DNA of 64,000 bases from Flavobacteriales bacterium (GCA_024641785.1 JAHECK010000001.1:82-64081), one strand, 5' to 3'. Shown: positions 1-10,255, numbered from the stretch's first letter. Program-made: numbers and translations. Notes: generated by a model not told the origin, from the sequence alone.

Positions 1-107
1 CGATTCGAAATGCTCAAAAACTGATCCTTAGGTAAAAGAATTTATTTAATATAGTCTGCTAGCTAAGAAGAGTACAATTGTATCTTTATTCTCACTAAAT
101 TAAAGTG

Positions 108-1097
108 ATGCTGGATAATAAATTCAATTTAGGTTTTTTCCCTACGCCTCTGCAAAAACTGGAAAATCTTTCTGAAAGCTATCCGGGTTATTCCATTTTT
201 ATTAAGCGAGATGATTTGACCGGCCTGGCATCAGGTGGAAATAAAACCAGGAAACTGGAGTATTTGATTAAGCAAGCCTTGGATGAAGCTTGCAATACAG
301 TTATAACGGCGGGTGCCCAGCAATCAAATCATTGTCGACAAACAGCTGCTGCTTGCGCTAAAGCCCGACTTGAATGTCATTTATTATTAGGTGGCGAAGA
401 ACCAAAAGTATATGATGGGAATTTATTATTATCCTCAATACTAGGAGCACATATTCATTTCACCGGCTCCCATCGCAAAGGAGAAGATATTTTACAAGTA
501 AAAAAAGAACTCGAAGTCAATAATCATAAATGCTTCGTCATTCCATATGGTGGATCGGTATTGACAGGAGCTCTCGGTTTTGTAAACGCAGTAAAGGAAC
601 TCAAAGATCAATTAGATGCACAAAAATTAAAGATCGATTACGTTTTTTTTGCTTCAAGTTCCGGAGGAATGCAAGCCGGATTAACATTGGGACTTGAATT
701 ATTTCAACTTGATTGTGAATTATTGCCTATCAATATCGACAAGGATGAAACAGGTGGATTATCATTGGAAGAAGTCGTCTTGAATTTAATAAATGAAGGA
801 AGTCGACCTTTAAATATAAAGAGAGAATACACACTTAAGGATATCCCATTAAATAGAGAATACGATAAAGCAGGTTATGGAAATGTAACTGAAAATGAAA
901 AAAATGCTATTTTAGAATTAGCTTCTAAGGAAGGAATACTTTTAGACCCGGTTTATACAGGAAGAGCTTTTCATGCTATGTTAGATCAATTAAAAAAGGA
1001 AAAGATACCATCAGACTCCAACATTCTTTTCTGGCACTCGGGTGGCTTCCCGGCTATCTTTGAATATGCTGATCAATTTCACACAAAAAAAGGATAG
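108..1097 (+). CDS. PLP-dependent D-cysteine desulfhydrase / ACC deaminase family enzyme
   Basis: ORF 105..1097 opens with GTG followed directly by ATG at 108. Motif GGNKTRKLEYL is the PLP-lysine region of the DcyD/ACC-deaminase family. N-terminal FPTPLQ and RDDLTG also fit. Length (~330 aa) is typical. Confidence 0.8.
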   Translation: MLDNKFNLGFFPTPLQKLENLSESYPGYSIFIKRDDLTGLASGGNKTRKLEYLIKQALDEACNTVITAGAQQSNHCRQTAAACAKARLECHLLLGGEEPKVYDGNLLLSSILGAHIHFTGSHRKGEDILQVKKELEVNNHKCFVIPYGGSVLTGALGFVNAVKELKDQLDAQKLKIDYVFFASSSGGMQAGLTLGLELFQLDCELLPINIDKDETGGLSLEEVVLNLINEGSRPLNIKREYTLKDIPLNREYDKAGYGNVTENEKNAILELASKEGILLDPVYTGRAFHAMLDQLKKEKIPSDSNILFWHSGGFPAIFEYADQFHTKKG

Positions 1098-1117
1098 CAA
1101 AAAGCTATCCTTTTTTT
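1092..1117 (+). terminator. Rho-independent terminator
   Basis: GGATAGC-aaaaa-GCTATCC followed by T7. The TAG stop codon (1095..1097) lies inside the 5' stem arm. Confidence 0.75.
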
Positions 1118-1177
1118 ATTATTCTTTTCTCTTAATAGTTTAGGTTAAAAATTAAGCAACTTTAGAAAGTTACAAAT

Positions 1178-3001
1178 TTAGTTCACTACAATTTTTCCGC
1201 ATGCCATAATTTGATCTTTACTTTTGATCTTATAAAAATATAACCCCTTTGTATTGTTTGAAAGGTCAATTTGAGTGCTGGAGCTATTTGTTTTTTCCCA
1301 ATAAACAATTTCTCCTGTGAGATTGTAAATTTCAATACTATATTCTGAAGTGAGTGTTCCAATGATCTTCAAATTAAAGGATCCGCTGGATGGGTTAGGA
1401 TAGACAATGAAAGCATTGTCTTCAATGACTTGTTCAATTCCTGTGTTTATGATGTTACTTATTGCCAAAGTATCTGAATCACTACATCCAAAATAATTCA
1501 CAATTACTACATATGTTCCAGTGTCTACAGGTATAATGGAATTCCCGATTTCTCCTTCTAGTTCTACGTCATTTAAAAACCACTGAAAGGTTGAATCTGT
1601 TACATTGCTTAAAGCATTAAGTGCCGGTGCACTGTATTCCAAGGCTACTGATGGCGTTTGAAAAGCAGTATCGTTATACAAAGTAATATACTGATTTGAA
1701 TAAGTCTCTTCATAACAACCATATTGCCCGCCTGTAAGGCTTGTTCCATATGAAAGACCAGAAATAATATATTCATCTCCAATATTTACTACATCTAAAG
1801 GTCTTCCGGTTCCAACCAGTGAACCAAAATTTGTTGCATATAAAATTGTTCCTGTTTCATTTTCTAAATGAGCTAAATATCCACTGCCGAATTGAGCAGT
1901 AGCAAGTGTTGTAGAACCAAATGTGGCATTTCCACCATAAAGCCCCATAACAAATATATTACCCGACGATTGAACTTTAATCCCATTCGTTTCCATATTT
2001 CCACCAGAATGGTGTAATTCCTCAACCCATTGTGCCTCTAAATTGCTATTTAGCTTTACAACAAGCGCATCACTCCCACCAGTAACAGTGCCTAGGGTAT
2101 CCGAACCGATTACCTGATCTGCAAGGTAATATGGAACCGCAGCGAAAACATTTCCTTGTTCATCCGCTGTAACACAAAGTTTGTTTAGGTAACTATTCCC
2201 TTGACATAAATAGGTTCCTCCAATTACGGTTCCAGCAGTGTCTAACTTAAAAATACCAACATGGTTGTTGTTTCCGGCATCAGGAGCACTGATCGTAACT
2301 TCGCCATAAGTTACCGGATTAGAGAATATACCATTACCCATAATATGGCCGATAACATAAAGTGTGTCTTGCTCACTCATATAAATAGAACTGATATTAA
2401 AGCTTCCACTTGAAAGGGCAACATTCCAAACCAGCTGATTATTTGAATCAAATTTTTTGATTTGGCTGTCATAATTATTTGCTGAGTAAACAAAGCCATC
2501 CTTTGCAACGATAGGACTATTATATGTGTTCCCTAAACCCACATTTGATTGATAGACCAATTGTGTGTCAAAGCGAATCAACTGACCGGCTGCTCCATTT
2601 CCGGAAAAAACAGTGTCACCTATTATATCAATAGTTCCTGCAACATTTGATGATAAAATGATATGCCCATTTACCTCATCGTATGCAAGCGAAAAAGCAT
2701 GAACCTGATTTCCGGTTGAGGAAATAACTTTGTAAGCAAGCGCTTCTCCATTATGGCTCCATTTGGTTAGCAGTAGATTATTACCACTTAGTTGAATGGT
2801 GTCATTTCCAACCTGAATTGGAGCAAAGAAAGTAGCTACTGTATAGAGATTAGCTTCATCATCTGCGCTTATGGCTAATCCCCCGCTACCTGAAAATGGG
2901 CTATCATTGATAAATGGAGTAAATGAAACCCAGTCGAATCGTTGGGCATTCAAGCATAAGCTTACTAACAAAAAGTTGAATAAAAGTAGTGTTCTGATCA
3001 T
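1178..3001 (-). CDS. T9SS-secreted protein with SBBP-like beta-propeller repeats
   Basis: N-terminal signal peptide (LLVSLCLNAQ). Repeated G-rich strand motifs of the type ...DEQGNVFAA..., ...DDEANLYTVA.... C-terminal type-A T9SS sorting domain (YPNPSSGSFNLKI ... GLYFYKIKS ... GKIVVN). Confidence 0.7.
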   Translation of the reverse strand: MIRTLLLFNFLLVSLCLNAQRFDWVSFTPFINDSPFSGSGGLAISADDEANLYTVATFFAPIQVGNDTIQLSGNNLLLTKWSHNGEALAYKVISSTGNQVHAFSLAYDEVNGHIILSSNVAGTIDIIGDTVFSGNGAAGQLIRFDTQLVYQSNVGLGNTYNSPIVAKDGFVYSANNYDSQIKKFDSNNQLVWNVALSSGSFNISSIYMSEQDTLYVIGHIMGNGIFSNPVTYGEVTISAPDAGNNNHVGIFKLDTAGTVIGGTYLCQGNSYLNKLCVTADEQGNVFAAVPYYLADQVIGSDTLGTVTGGSDALVVKLNSNLEAQWVEELHHSGGNMETNGIKVQSSGNIFVMGLYGGNATFGSTTLATAQFGSGYLAHLENETGTILYATNFGSLVGTGRPLDVVNIGDEYIISGLSYGTSLTGGQYGCYEETYSNQYITLYNDTAFQTPSVALEYSAPALNALSNVTDSTFQWFLNDVELEGEIGNSIIPVDTGTYVVIVNYFGCSDSDTLAISNIINTGIEQVIEDNAFIVYPNPSSGSFNLKIIGTLTSEYSIEIYNLTGEIVYWEKTNSSSTQIDLSNNTKGLYFYKIKSKDQIMACGKIVVN

Positions 3002-3092
3002 TTTAGTTTGGATTTAATGTTTGTTTTCTTTAGCCAAAGGACAACAAACTCCTGTTTAAATTCAATAGAACATTGGTTGACACTATGTTAGA

Positions 3093-3737
3093 TCATCGAC
3101 CGAAATAACGGTTAACGGCTTCGGTTCTGTTTTGGACGTGCAGCTTACTATAAATGCGATGGATATGTTGTTTAACTGTCCCTACCGAGATTTCCATCTT
3201 ATCGGCAATTTCTTTGTATAAAAGTCCTTGTGCAAGTAAAGTCAACACTTCCTGCTCACGCCCACTAAGCCCGCTGCTCTCTAAAGATGTTGGCTGAGAT
3301 GTTCTGAATTGACTAACTACCCGTCTAGCTACAAAAGAACTCATAGGAGCACCTCCTTCAATCAATTCTCGAACTGCATTGAGAATTTGATCGGGAGCAG
3401 CACCTTTTAAAATATAGCCATTGGCTCCTGCTTTTAACGCTTCAAAAACTCTATGATCATCATCGTTCACTGTATACATCAAAAACTGAGAATGTGGCGA
3501 TTTTTGCTTTAGTTCGCTTAAACACTCGATGCCATTTTTTCCCGGAAGATTAATGTCCATTATATATACCTGTGGAAAAGACTTGTAATCAAAGGAAAGT
3601 GCATCTTCGGCCGAAGGAAAAGCAAATTGAAAATCAAAATCGGATTCATTTAAAAATAATTCCTTTAGCATCTCACGGATGTTTAAATTATCTTCTACTA
3701 TGCTAATGCTTATCTTTTTAATTGCAGCCATCTTCAC
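3093..3737 (-). CDS. NarL/LuxR-family response regulator (REC + LuxR HTH)
   Basis: REC region with phospho-acceptor context YIMDINLPGKNG. C-terminal LSGREQEVLTLLAQGLLYKEIADKMEISVGTVKQHIHRIYSKL is a LuxR-type HTH. Confidence 0.85.
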   Translation of the reverse strand: MKMAAIKKISISIVEDNLNIREMLKELFLNESDFDFQFAFPSAEDALSFDYKSFPQVYIMDINLPGKNGIECLSELKQKSPHSQFLMYTVNDDDHRVFEALKAGANGYILKGAAPDQILNAVRELIEGGAPMSSFVARRVVSQFRTSQPTSLESSGLSGREQEVLTLLAQGLLYKEIADKMEISVGTVKQHIHRIYSKLHVQNRTEAVNRYFGR

Positions 3738-3774
3738 AAAAATGCTTCTTAAAAATTCATTTTACAATAGAACA

Positions 3775-5613
3775 TTAGTTAGGGGAAAGAGGAATATTTA
3801 TAATAACCAAAGTGCCATTAATATTCACCCATTTAACACTCCCTCCTAACTTTAAAATTCTTTTCGATATATTTTTATGTCCATTACCACTGTAAGTAGA
3901 AATTTCCACCTTCATTCCAATTCCATTATCCTGTATCGTTATTTCAATTCCATTATTCCAGTGTAATGTCATTTCTATTTGACTTGAATTAGCATGTTTT
4001 ACAGAATTATGCAAGACTTCTTTTATTACCAAAAAAATATTTCTTCGTTGCTCTGAATTTAAAAAACAGCTTGGCCATTGATCATCTTTTTGTAAATGAA
4101 AGCCTAAATCGTTTTCTGAAAGATAAATTCGAGCATAATTACTTATGTAGTCTATTAGCTCTTCAACAGAGCCTTGTTCTGCATCGAGTGACCAGATGAT
4201 TTGACGCATACTCTCCATTAACTCTCCTGCATTTTTTGCTATCTGACCGATCTGCTCCTTTTGAAGGGCATGCTTTTCACGCCTTAATACCATCTCACTT
4301 TGCAATTTTAATGCGCTTAATCCGGCTCCCAGATCATCATGCATATCCATCGCTAATTGTTCTCTGATCTTAAATTCAGCAATTGTTTTCTCTTGTGTTA
4401 ATCGTTCCATTTCCAATTTAGAAAGAAGCAACTTTTGTTTTTGTCTTTTCCGAAAAGTGATCAGTAAAGTGCTTAAGAAAAGGATAGCGAACAAACCTGA
4501 TGTCAGCAAAAGAATTTGCTTTATTCTTGCTTGTTCAAGATCAGAAGCGGCTTGTGCATACTTTATCTGCTCCAAGTCTAATGCAATATCAGATCGCAAT
4601 AAAGCTGCCTGTGTCGCTAAGGCAGATTGTGTGTTCTTTTTTTGAATTAAACTATCTAAAGTATACCACTTATTCAGTTTTTTAATCGCCATTTCAGGCT
4701 CTTCTATCAATTCCCAAACAAGAGCACTTTGCTTGGCAAAATTTCGTTGTGTAATTAAACCTATATCCACAGAATAATTCTCAAGGTGAATATCTGCCTT
4801 ACTCATCGCCTCCATAATCTCCTTCTTACTTTTAATGCCAGACATTGCCATACACTGACCTGAAAGGGCATCTAATTCTATATCTTTATCTTTCGCTTCA
4901 GTTGCAACTCCTTCTGCCAAAACAAAATACACTAGGGCATTTTCTGAGTTTTTCTTTTTAAGTTCTAATTCGCCTAAAGACCAATATGCAACGGCAATTG
5001 CTCTTTCTGCATTTGCTTCTTTTGCCAACTCTAGTGATTTTTCAAGACAGATCTTTGCACTATCAATTAAGTCGATCTCTAGTAAGTTGACTCCAATATT
5101 TCCATAAACATGATATAATTCTGTAACCGGATATCTAGCTGAAGGATGCCTTGGGAAATATTTTAATGCATTTCCAAGTTCAACTAGTGCTTCTTTATTA
5201 TTCTGAATGGTTTCATTCAAAAGACCTCTCAGATTAAAAATGTTAGCCATTAACAAACTGTCTTCAAGTTGACTTGCGAGCTGACTACATTTATCCAGAT
5301 CTTGCATCGCTTCATTAAATAAACCATCGTAATACAAAACTTCTGCTCTATAGCTCAGCAAATAATAATATTCTTCAATTTGCTCAGTGGGTTCAATATA
5401 ATTTAATGCCTGGTCAATGAAGATAATAGAGCTATCAGAGCGAAAGACATCCATTTGAAGTAAGATCTTATGAATGTATTCGTCCATCTTTTTATCTTCA
5501 AAATTGTCTAATTTCCTTACTTCAGATCCAAATTGTTGTTGTGCATAACAAATGGAATAAAAAACCAACAAAAACATTAAACAAGAAAAATATTTCAAAT
5601 TTTTCAAAGGCAT
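3775..5613 (-). CDS. TPR-repeat sensor histidine kinase (HisKA_3 + HATPase_c)
   Basis: Signal/TM segment, long TPR-like N-terminal half, then a single TM (ILLLTSGLFAILFLSTLLITF). H-box MHDDLGAGLSALK, N-box HNSVKHANS, G-box QDNGIGM. Lies 37 nt upstream of the NarL-type regulator on the same strand. Confidence 0.8.
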   Translation of the reverse strand: MPLKNLKYFSCLMFLLVFYSICYAQQQFGSEVRKLDNFEDKKMDEYIHKILLQMDVFRSDSSIIFIDQALNYIEPTEQIEEYYYLLSYRAEVLYYDGLFNEAMQDLDKCSQLASQLEDSLLMANIFNLRGLLNETIQNNKEALVELGNALKYFPRHPSARYPVTELYHVYGNIGVNLLEIDLIDSAKICLEKSLELAKEANAERAIAVAYWSLGELELKKKNSENALVYFVLAEGVATEAKDKDIELDALSGQCMAMSGIKSKKEIMEAMSKADIHLENYSVDIGLITQRNFAKQSALVWELIEEPEMAIKKLNKWYTLDSLIQKKNTQSALATQAALLRSDIALDLEQIKYAQAASDLEQARIKQILLLTSGLFAILFLSTLLITFRKRQKQKLLLSKLEMERLTQEKTIAEFKIREQLAMDMHDDLGAGLSALKLQSEMVLRREKHALQKEQIGQIAKNAGELMESMRQIIWSLDAEQGSVEELIDYISNYARIYLSENDLGFHLQKDDQWPSCFLNSEQRRNIFLVIKEVLHNSVKHANSSQIEMTLHWNNGIEITIQDNGIGMKVEISTYSGNGHKNISKRILKLGGSVKWVNINGTLVIINIPLSPN

Positions 5614-5837
5614 AACTAAAGAAGTGATTACATCATTTATTCGAACTTAGTAAAGATGAATAAACTATTTGAATTTGAATAGTTCATAAAGTGATTTTTT
5701 AAGGGAAGAGAAAAAGTCCAGCCCTTATGAAAAAAAATTATGGACTTTCTATAGAGAGTGCATTTAGAATGTCGAATTCCCTTTAGACGAGAGAAAGGGA
5801 AAGAAAATTGAACGACTAGCAATTAAAGCAAACTAGA

Positions 5838-7082
5838 TCAAAAAGATACCCTCACGCCTTTTTCTATCAGGTCTTCAACCAAACTCTTAAAGACCACTAA
5901 CTCATCTTCGCTTAATTCAAAAGGATTGTTTTTAATAAAAAGTCGCTCCAGCTTTGGCAACTCAAGTAAACTCCATGGCATCTCGCTCAAATCATTTTCC
6001 TGAACATCCACTTCTATTAAGCTCGTTACTTTTGTGAAATCAGGAAGTAAGATTAGTTTATTATAACCTACATCCAAAATCTCAAGCTTATCAAAGTCAA
6101 CAATCCAAGGCGGTAAACCGATAAGCTGATTATGATGCATATATAGCTTTTTTAAGTTTTTTAGATCTTTTAAACTTTCAGGTATTACAGCTATTTGATT
6201 ATAAGAAATATATAATACGTTTAATGATGAAAGTTTACTAATCCCTTCTGGTACTTCACTTAAATTATTGTAATAAAAATCCAACTCTTCCAATGATGCA
6301 AGATCAAATACTACTTCGGGTATTTTTTCAAATTGATTCTTATAAAAGATCAGCGTTTCTAAGCTATCGAGTTCTGCCATGCTCTGTGGCAAGCTATTTA
6401 ATTGATTCTGAGAAAAGTTTAATTTTCGCGCAGCCACCAAAACATTTATGTTTTCCGGAAGTACAACTAAATCATTTCCAATGAATTGTATGATCTTTAA
6501 GTTATGGCAATTCTTAAGATCCCTTTCACTTATCTGAATTCCATTAAAACTCACATTGATCTCCTCCAAAGATCTCATCTTCCTAATAAAACCCGGAATT
6601 TTACTGATCTGGTTTTTATCCAATTCAATCCGCTTTAATCCCCTCAGTTTTTTTATCGACCGTGGAATTTTTTTCAATCCACACTCATTTAATTTTAAGG
6701 TTACTATACTATCATTCTTAGAAAATTTAATTTTCTCCAAGTTGTTTCCGGAAAGGTTTAGCTCTTTTAAATTAGTACTAGAGATCTCTTTTTCCTTAAA
6801 TTCCTTAAGATCATTTTCACTTAAATCAAGATCTTTTAATTGACTAAAGCCTTTTAGATCCGGTAACAATTTCAATTCCAAATCGCTGAGATCAACCCTT
6901 TTCACACTATCCTTAACAAGGTCTTCAAAATCCAATAAACGTTGTTCATTTTGAAGGGCAATTTTTGCCTTATATGCTTCCATTCTTACAGCCTCGAGCG
7001 AATCTAGATCGATTGGTTCATCTTGTGCCTGAACAACAAAAATGCTCACTAAAAAGAAAAAAAGAAGAATGTGGTTTTTCAT
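5838..7082 (-). CDS. secreted leucine-rich-repeat (LRR) protein
   Basis: About 13 tandem 22-23-aa LRRs of the form LxxLxLxxNxLxxLPxxIxxLxxL (e.g. LEELDFYYNNLSEVPEGISKLSSL). I prefer ATG at 7082 (MKNHILLFFFLVSIFVVQAQ, a signal peptide) over the TTG at 7106 used by the ORF track. Confidence 0.75.
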   Translation of the reverse strand: MKNHILLFFFLVSIFVVQAQDEPIDLDSLEAVRMEAYKAKIALQNEQRLLDFEDLVKDSVKRVDLSDLELKLLPDLKGFSQLKDLDLSENDLKEFKEKEISSTNLKELNLSGNNLEKIKFSKNDSIVTLKLNECGLKKIPRSIKKLRGLKRIELDKNQISKIPGFIRKMRSLEEINVSFNGIQISERDLKNCHNLKIIQFIGNDLVVLPENINVLVAARKLNFSQNQLNSLPQSMAELDSLETLIFYKNQFEKIPEVVFDLASLEELDFYYNNLSEVPEGISKLSSLNVLYISYNQIAVIPESLKDLKNLKKLYMHHNQLIGLPPWIVDFDKLEILDVGYNKLILLPDFTKVTSLIEVDVQENDLSEMPWSLLELPKLERLFIKNNPFELSEDELVVFKSLVEDLIEKGVRVSF

Positions 7083-7212
7083 AGAGTTCAAAATTAACAA
7101 ATACAAAATAATACATTTTAATATTGTTAATACACTGCGTATAATTTTATTGATAAATGCTCGTCAAATTAAATGGCTGTCTTATTTTTATAGTATAAAG
7201 TGATTGTTTTTT

Positions 7213-9348
7213 ATGAAATTATATCCTAAAGATGCGCTTGACCGTTTTGAATTCGATCATATAAAGCGAAAATTATTCGCCTTATGTAATTCTGAAGCTG
7301 CTAGAGATCTGGTACAAAACCTTGTGCCTTATAGCGATAGGAACGAATTAGAACTACGCCTCAAACAAAGCGAAGAACTTTATTCCCTCGAAGTCAATCA
7401 ACTTTTTTACCCCGAAATTGCCTTTCCGGGTTTAGTAAATGAAATAAAATGGTTGAAAATAAAAGGGGCTAAACTCGAAGGAGATTCTTTCATTAAGATT
7501 TTAAAAGTATGTGAGGTAATAAAAGGTCTCTATCGCTTTTTGAATGAACAAAAACAAAGTCTGCCCGCCCTTTTCGAAATTGTAAAAAACATTGAAGATC
7601 CTTCGAAACTGATCAAAATGATCGATCTTAAAATTGAAGCAAACGGACAAGTAAGATCATCTGCCACACGGGAATTAGGAGATATTCGAAAAGCTTTGGA
7701 CAGCGAAAGGCTTAAGTCAAAAAAGAAATTTGATACGATTCTAAAACGGTATAAAAAACTTGGTTGGCTCAGAGAATTTGATGAGTCCTATTATAATAAT
7801 CGTAGAGTATTAGCGGTAGAATCCGAATATAAAAGAAAGATAAAAGGAATCATCCATGGGGTTTCTGAAAGTGGCAGATCCGCCTTTATTGAACCGATGG
7901 AAATGGTGGAGATCAATAACCATATCTCCTCTCTTGAACAAGATGAGTTGATGGAATTAAATCGCATTCTTCGTTCTTTAACTGCCGAGGTAGCTAATTT
8001 TTTACCTTCCATTGTGTTCTATCACAAAGGACTTGGAATGATCGATTTTACCCGTGCGAAAGTGAGACTCGCTATTTCGATGGATGCCCGAATGCCCGAA
8101 ATAAGCAAAAACGGGGAAGTTATTCTAGTGAATACCCAGCACCCTATTTTATCCTGGTTTCTTGAAAAAGAAAATAAAAAGAGTATTCCTCTTAATCTTA
8201 AACTGAACAAAGAGGACCGTTTAATGGTGATCTCAGGTCCTAATGCCGGAGGCAAATCTATAGCGCTTAAAACGCTGGGTATTTTGCAGATCATGCTTCA
8301 ATCCGGATTGCTTATTCCTGTTGGTGAAGGAAGTAAAATGTTTTTTTTTGATCAATTGTTCGTCGATATAGGAGATGACCAATCGATCGAATACGAATTA
8401 AGTACTTACTCCTCACGATTGGTTAAAATGAAATACTTCCTTGAATTTGCAAATGAAAAAACATTGGTATTTATCGATGAATTCGGAACCGGATCCGATC
8501 CCGATTTAGGCGGAGCTCTTGCTGAAGTAATGCTTAAAGAAATACTGAAGCACCGACCCTATGGAATGATCACTACCCATTACAATAACATTAAAGTACT
8601 TGCAGAAAATAATAAGGGTATTATTAATGGATCAATGCTCTTCGAAATGCAAACACTAGCCCCCCTCTTTATTCTGGAACAAGGCCATCCGGGAAGTTCT
8701 TTCACCTTCGAAGTCGCTTCTAAAATAGGCCTTAGCAAAACCTTAATTCAGGAAGCTAAAGATACGGTGAGCGACCAAAAAGTAAATTTCGATCGGGTTT
8801 TGGTTCAATTACAAGCTCGAAAAAATGAACTGAATAGAAAAAACAGACAATTATCTCAAAATCAAAAACTTCTTTCAAAAGAATTAGATAAAACGAAAAA
8901 TGAATTCCTCCTTTTAGAATCAAAACTTTCCGAACTTAACGATCCGGAAAATCAGAAAAGGATCGAACACGGAAATAAGTATATCCGCCTGATCGAGTCT
9001 TATCAAAAATCAAAAAATAAAAAAGACATATTAAAACGCATCTTGATCGCCTCTGATAAATGGGCAGAAAATATCAAAAAAGAAAAATTAAAAGATGAGT
9101 CTGAAAAGTTAAAAGAGAAACAATCTCGGATCAGGAAAAATAAAAGGGAACGTAAAAAAGAAAAAATTGAACAGGAAGCATGGATTCCTGAGGTTGGAGA
9201 CTTAGCGAAAATCGGAAGTGGAAAACAAAGCGGCGAAATTATGGAAATTAAAAAAGGAAAAGCCTTAGTTCATTTTGGGGCTATGAAAACAATTGTAGAT
9301 CTCGATAAAATTGTAGTTGTTAAAAAGGAAAAAGGAAGCAAAAAGTAA
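7213..9348 (+). CDS. mutS2: MutS2-family ATPase without Smr domain
   Basis: Walker A GPNAGGKS, Walker B FIDEFGTGSDP, TTHY motif, K/E-rich coiled coil. The C-terminal KOW-like segment is VGDLAKIGSGKQSGEIMEIKKGKALVHFGAMKTIV. No LDLRG or HGKG Smr motifs. I prefer ATG at 7213 over TTG at 7204. Confidence 0.75.
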   Translation: MKLYPKDALDRFEFDHIKRKLFALCNSEAARDLVQNLVPYSDRNELELRLKQSEELYSLEVNQLFYPEIAFPGLVNEIKWLKIKGAKLEGDSFIKILKVCEVIKGLYRFLNEQKQSLPALFEIVKNIEDPSKLIKMIDLKIEANGQVRSSATRELGDIRKALDSERLKSKKKFDTILKRYKKLGWLREFDESYYNNRRVLAVESEYKRKIKGIIHGVSESGRSAFIEPMEMVEINNHISSLEQDELMELNRILRSLTAEVANFLPSIVFYHKGLGMIDFTRAKVRLAISMDARMPEISKNGEVILVNTQHPILSWFLEKENKKSIPLNLKLNKEDRLMVISGPNAGGKSIALKTLGILQIMLQSGLLIPVGEGSKMFFFDQLFVDIGDDQSIEYELSTYSSRLVKMKYFLEFANEKTLVFIDEFGTGSDPDLGGALAEVMLKEILKHRPYGMITTHYNNIKVLAENNKGIINGSMLFEMQTLAPLFILEQGHPGSSFTFEVASKIGLSKTLIQEAKDTVSDQKVNFDRVLVQLQARKNELNRKNRQLSQNQKLLSKELDKTKNEFLLLESKLSELNDPENQKRIEHGNKYIRLIESYQKSKNKKDILKRILIASDKWAENIKKEKLKDESEKLKEKQSRIRKNKRERKKEKIEQEAWIPEVGDLAKIGSGKQSGEIMEIKKGKALVHFGAMKTIVDLDKIVVVKKEKGSKK

Positions 9349-9349
9349 T

Positions 9350-10198
9350 ATGGTAATACTTCATCAATATCATGAGATCAAAGGGAGTAATGACCGTCCT
9401 ATCCCAATCGATATTCATTATATCGAAAGTTCTAAAGCGATGCCAATCGCCATTTTTGCTCATGGTTATAAAGGATTTAAAGATTTTGGCGCCTGGAGTC
9501 TGATCGGAGATGAAATGGCAAAAGCAGGAGTCGTTTTTGTCCGATTTAATTTTTCCCACAATGGGGTCACCCTGACCGAACCCAAAGAATTCAATGACCT
9601 GAAAGCTTTTGGCGAAAATAATTATTCTAAAGAAGTGGATGATTTTTCTACTGTGATCGATTTTATTCATCAACTCGCTAATGCTCATTCAAATTGGAAT
9701 AATGAAAAAATGTGCATCATTGGTCATAGTCGTGGTGGTGGAATGGCTATTCTGACTGCAGCAGAAAATAAAAAGGTAAAAGCGTTGATAACATGGGCGT
9801 CGATTAATAATACCCAAAAAAGGATGCCTAAAGGGAAAGTTTTAAAGGAATGGCGCGAAAAAGGGGTGCGATACGTTATTAATGGAAGGACTAAACAACA
9901 AATGCCTCATTATTTTCAATTTTATGAAGATCTTGAAAACAATAAAAAACGATTGAATATCGAAATGAAAGCCAAAAGTTTAAGTATCCCCTGGCTAATC
10001 ATTCATGGAGATAATGACGAAGCAGTTGCACTTGAAGATGCTGAAACATTACATCGCTTTAACGCGAATTCTGAAATTAAAATTATTAAAAGTGGGACCC
10101 ATACTTTTTCTACTTCTCATCCATGGAATGATCCTAAGTTACCAAAAGAAATGCAAGATGTTTTTAACCTGAGTCTGCAATTTATTCAAAAAATATAA
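9350..10198 (+). CDS. alpha/beta hydrolase
   Basis: Nucleophile elbow GHSRGG and downstream HGDNDE. ATG at 9350 lies 1 nt after the mutS2-like stop. The ORF-track start at 9317 is a TTG inside the upstream gene. Confidence 0.7.
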   Translation: MVILHQYHEIKGSNDRPIPIDIHYIESSKAMPIAIFAHGYKGFKDFGAWSLIGDEMAKAGVVFVRFNFSHNGVTLTEPKEFNDLKAFGENNYSKEVDDFSTVIDFIHQLANAHSNWNNEKMCIIGHSRGGGMAILTAAENKKVKALITWASINNTQKRMPKGKVLKEWREKGVRYVINGRTKQQMPHYFQFYEDLENNKKRLNIEMKAKSLSIPWLIIHGDNDEAVALEDAETLHRFNANSEIKIIKSGTHTFSTSHPWNDPKLPKEMQDVFNLSLQFIQKI

Positions 10199-10210
10199 TG
10201 CCTAGTTTCT

Positions 10211-10218
10211 TATATTTG
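10211..10218 (+). promoter_or_regulatory. Bacteroidota -7 promoter box TATATTTG
   Basis: Exact match to TAnnTTTG, 37 nt upstream of the TTG start at 10256. Confidence 0.45.
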
Positions 10219-10255
10219 AATGCACCAAATCATATAAAAATTCGCTAAAAAATCA

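Noticed and set aside
5637-5822. 61-aa ORF between the sensor kinase and LRR genes.
   Set aside because: No signal, domain or promoter box supports it. It covers two hairpins (5713..5748 and 5777..5801) that are more simply read as transcript-end structures of the LRR gene. These hairpins lack convincing T-runs, so I did not call them terminators either.
8341-8349. T9 homopolymer inside the mutS2-like coding region, considered as a possible phase-variable mutator switch.
   Set aside because: It encodes three consecutive Phe codons in an AT-rich genome where T/A runs of 7-9 are frequent (for example 51035..51043 and 38593..38600). With a single sequence there is no evidence of length variation.
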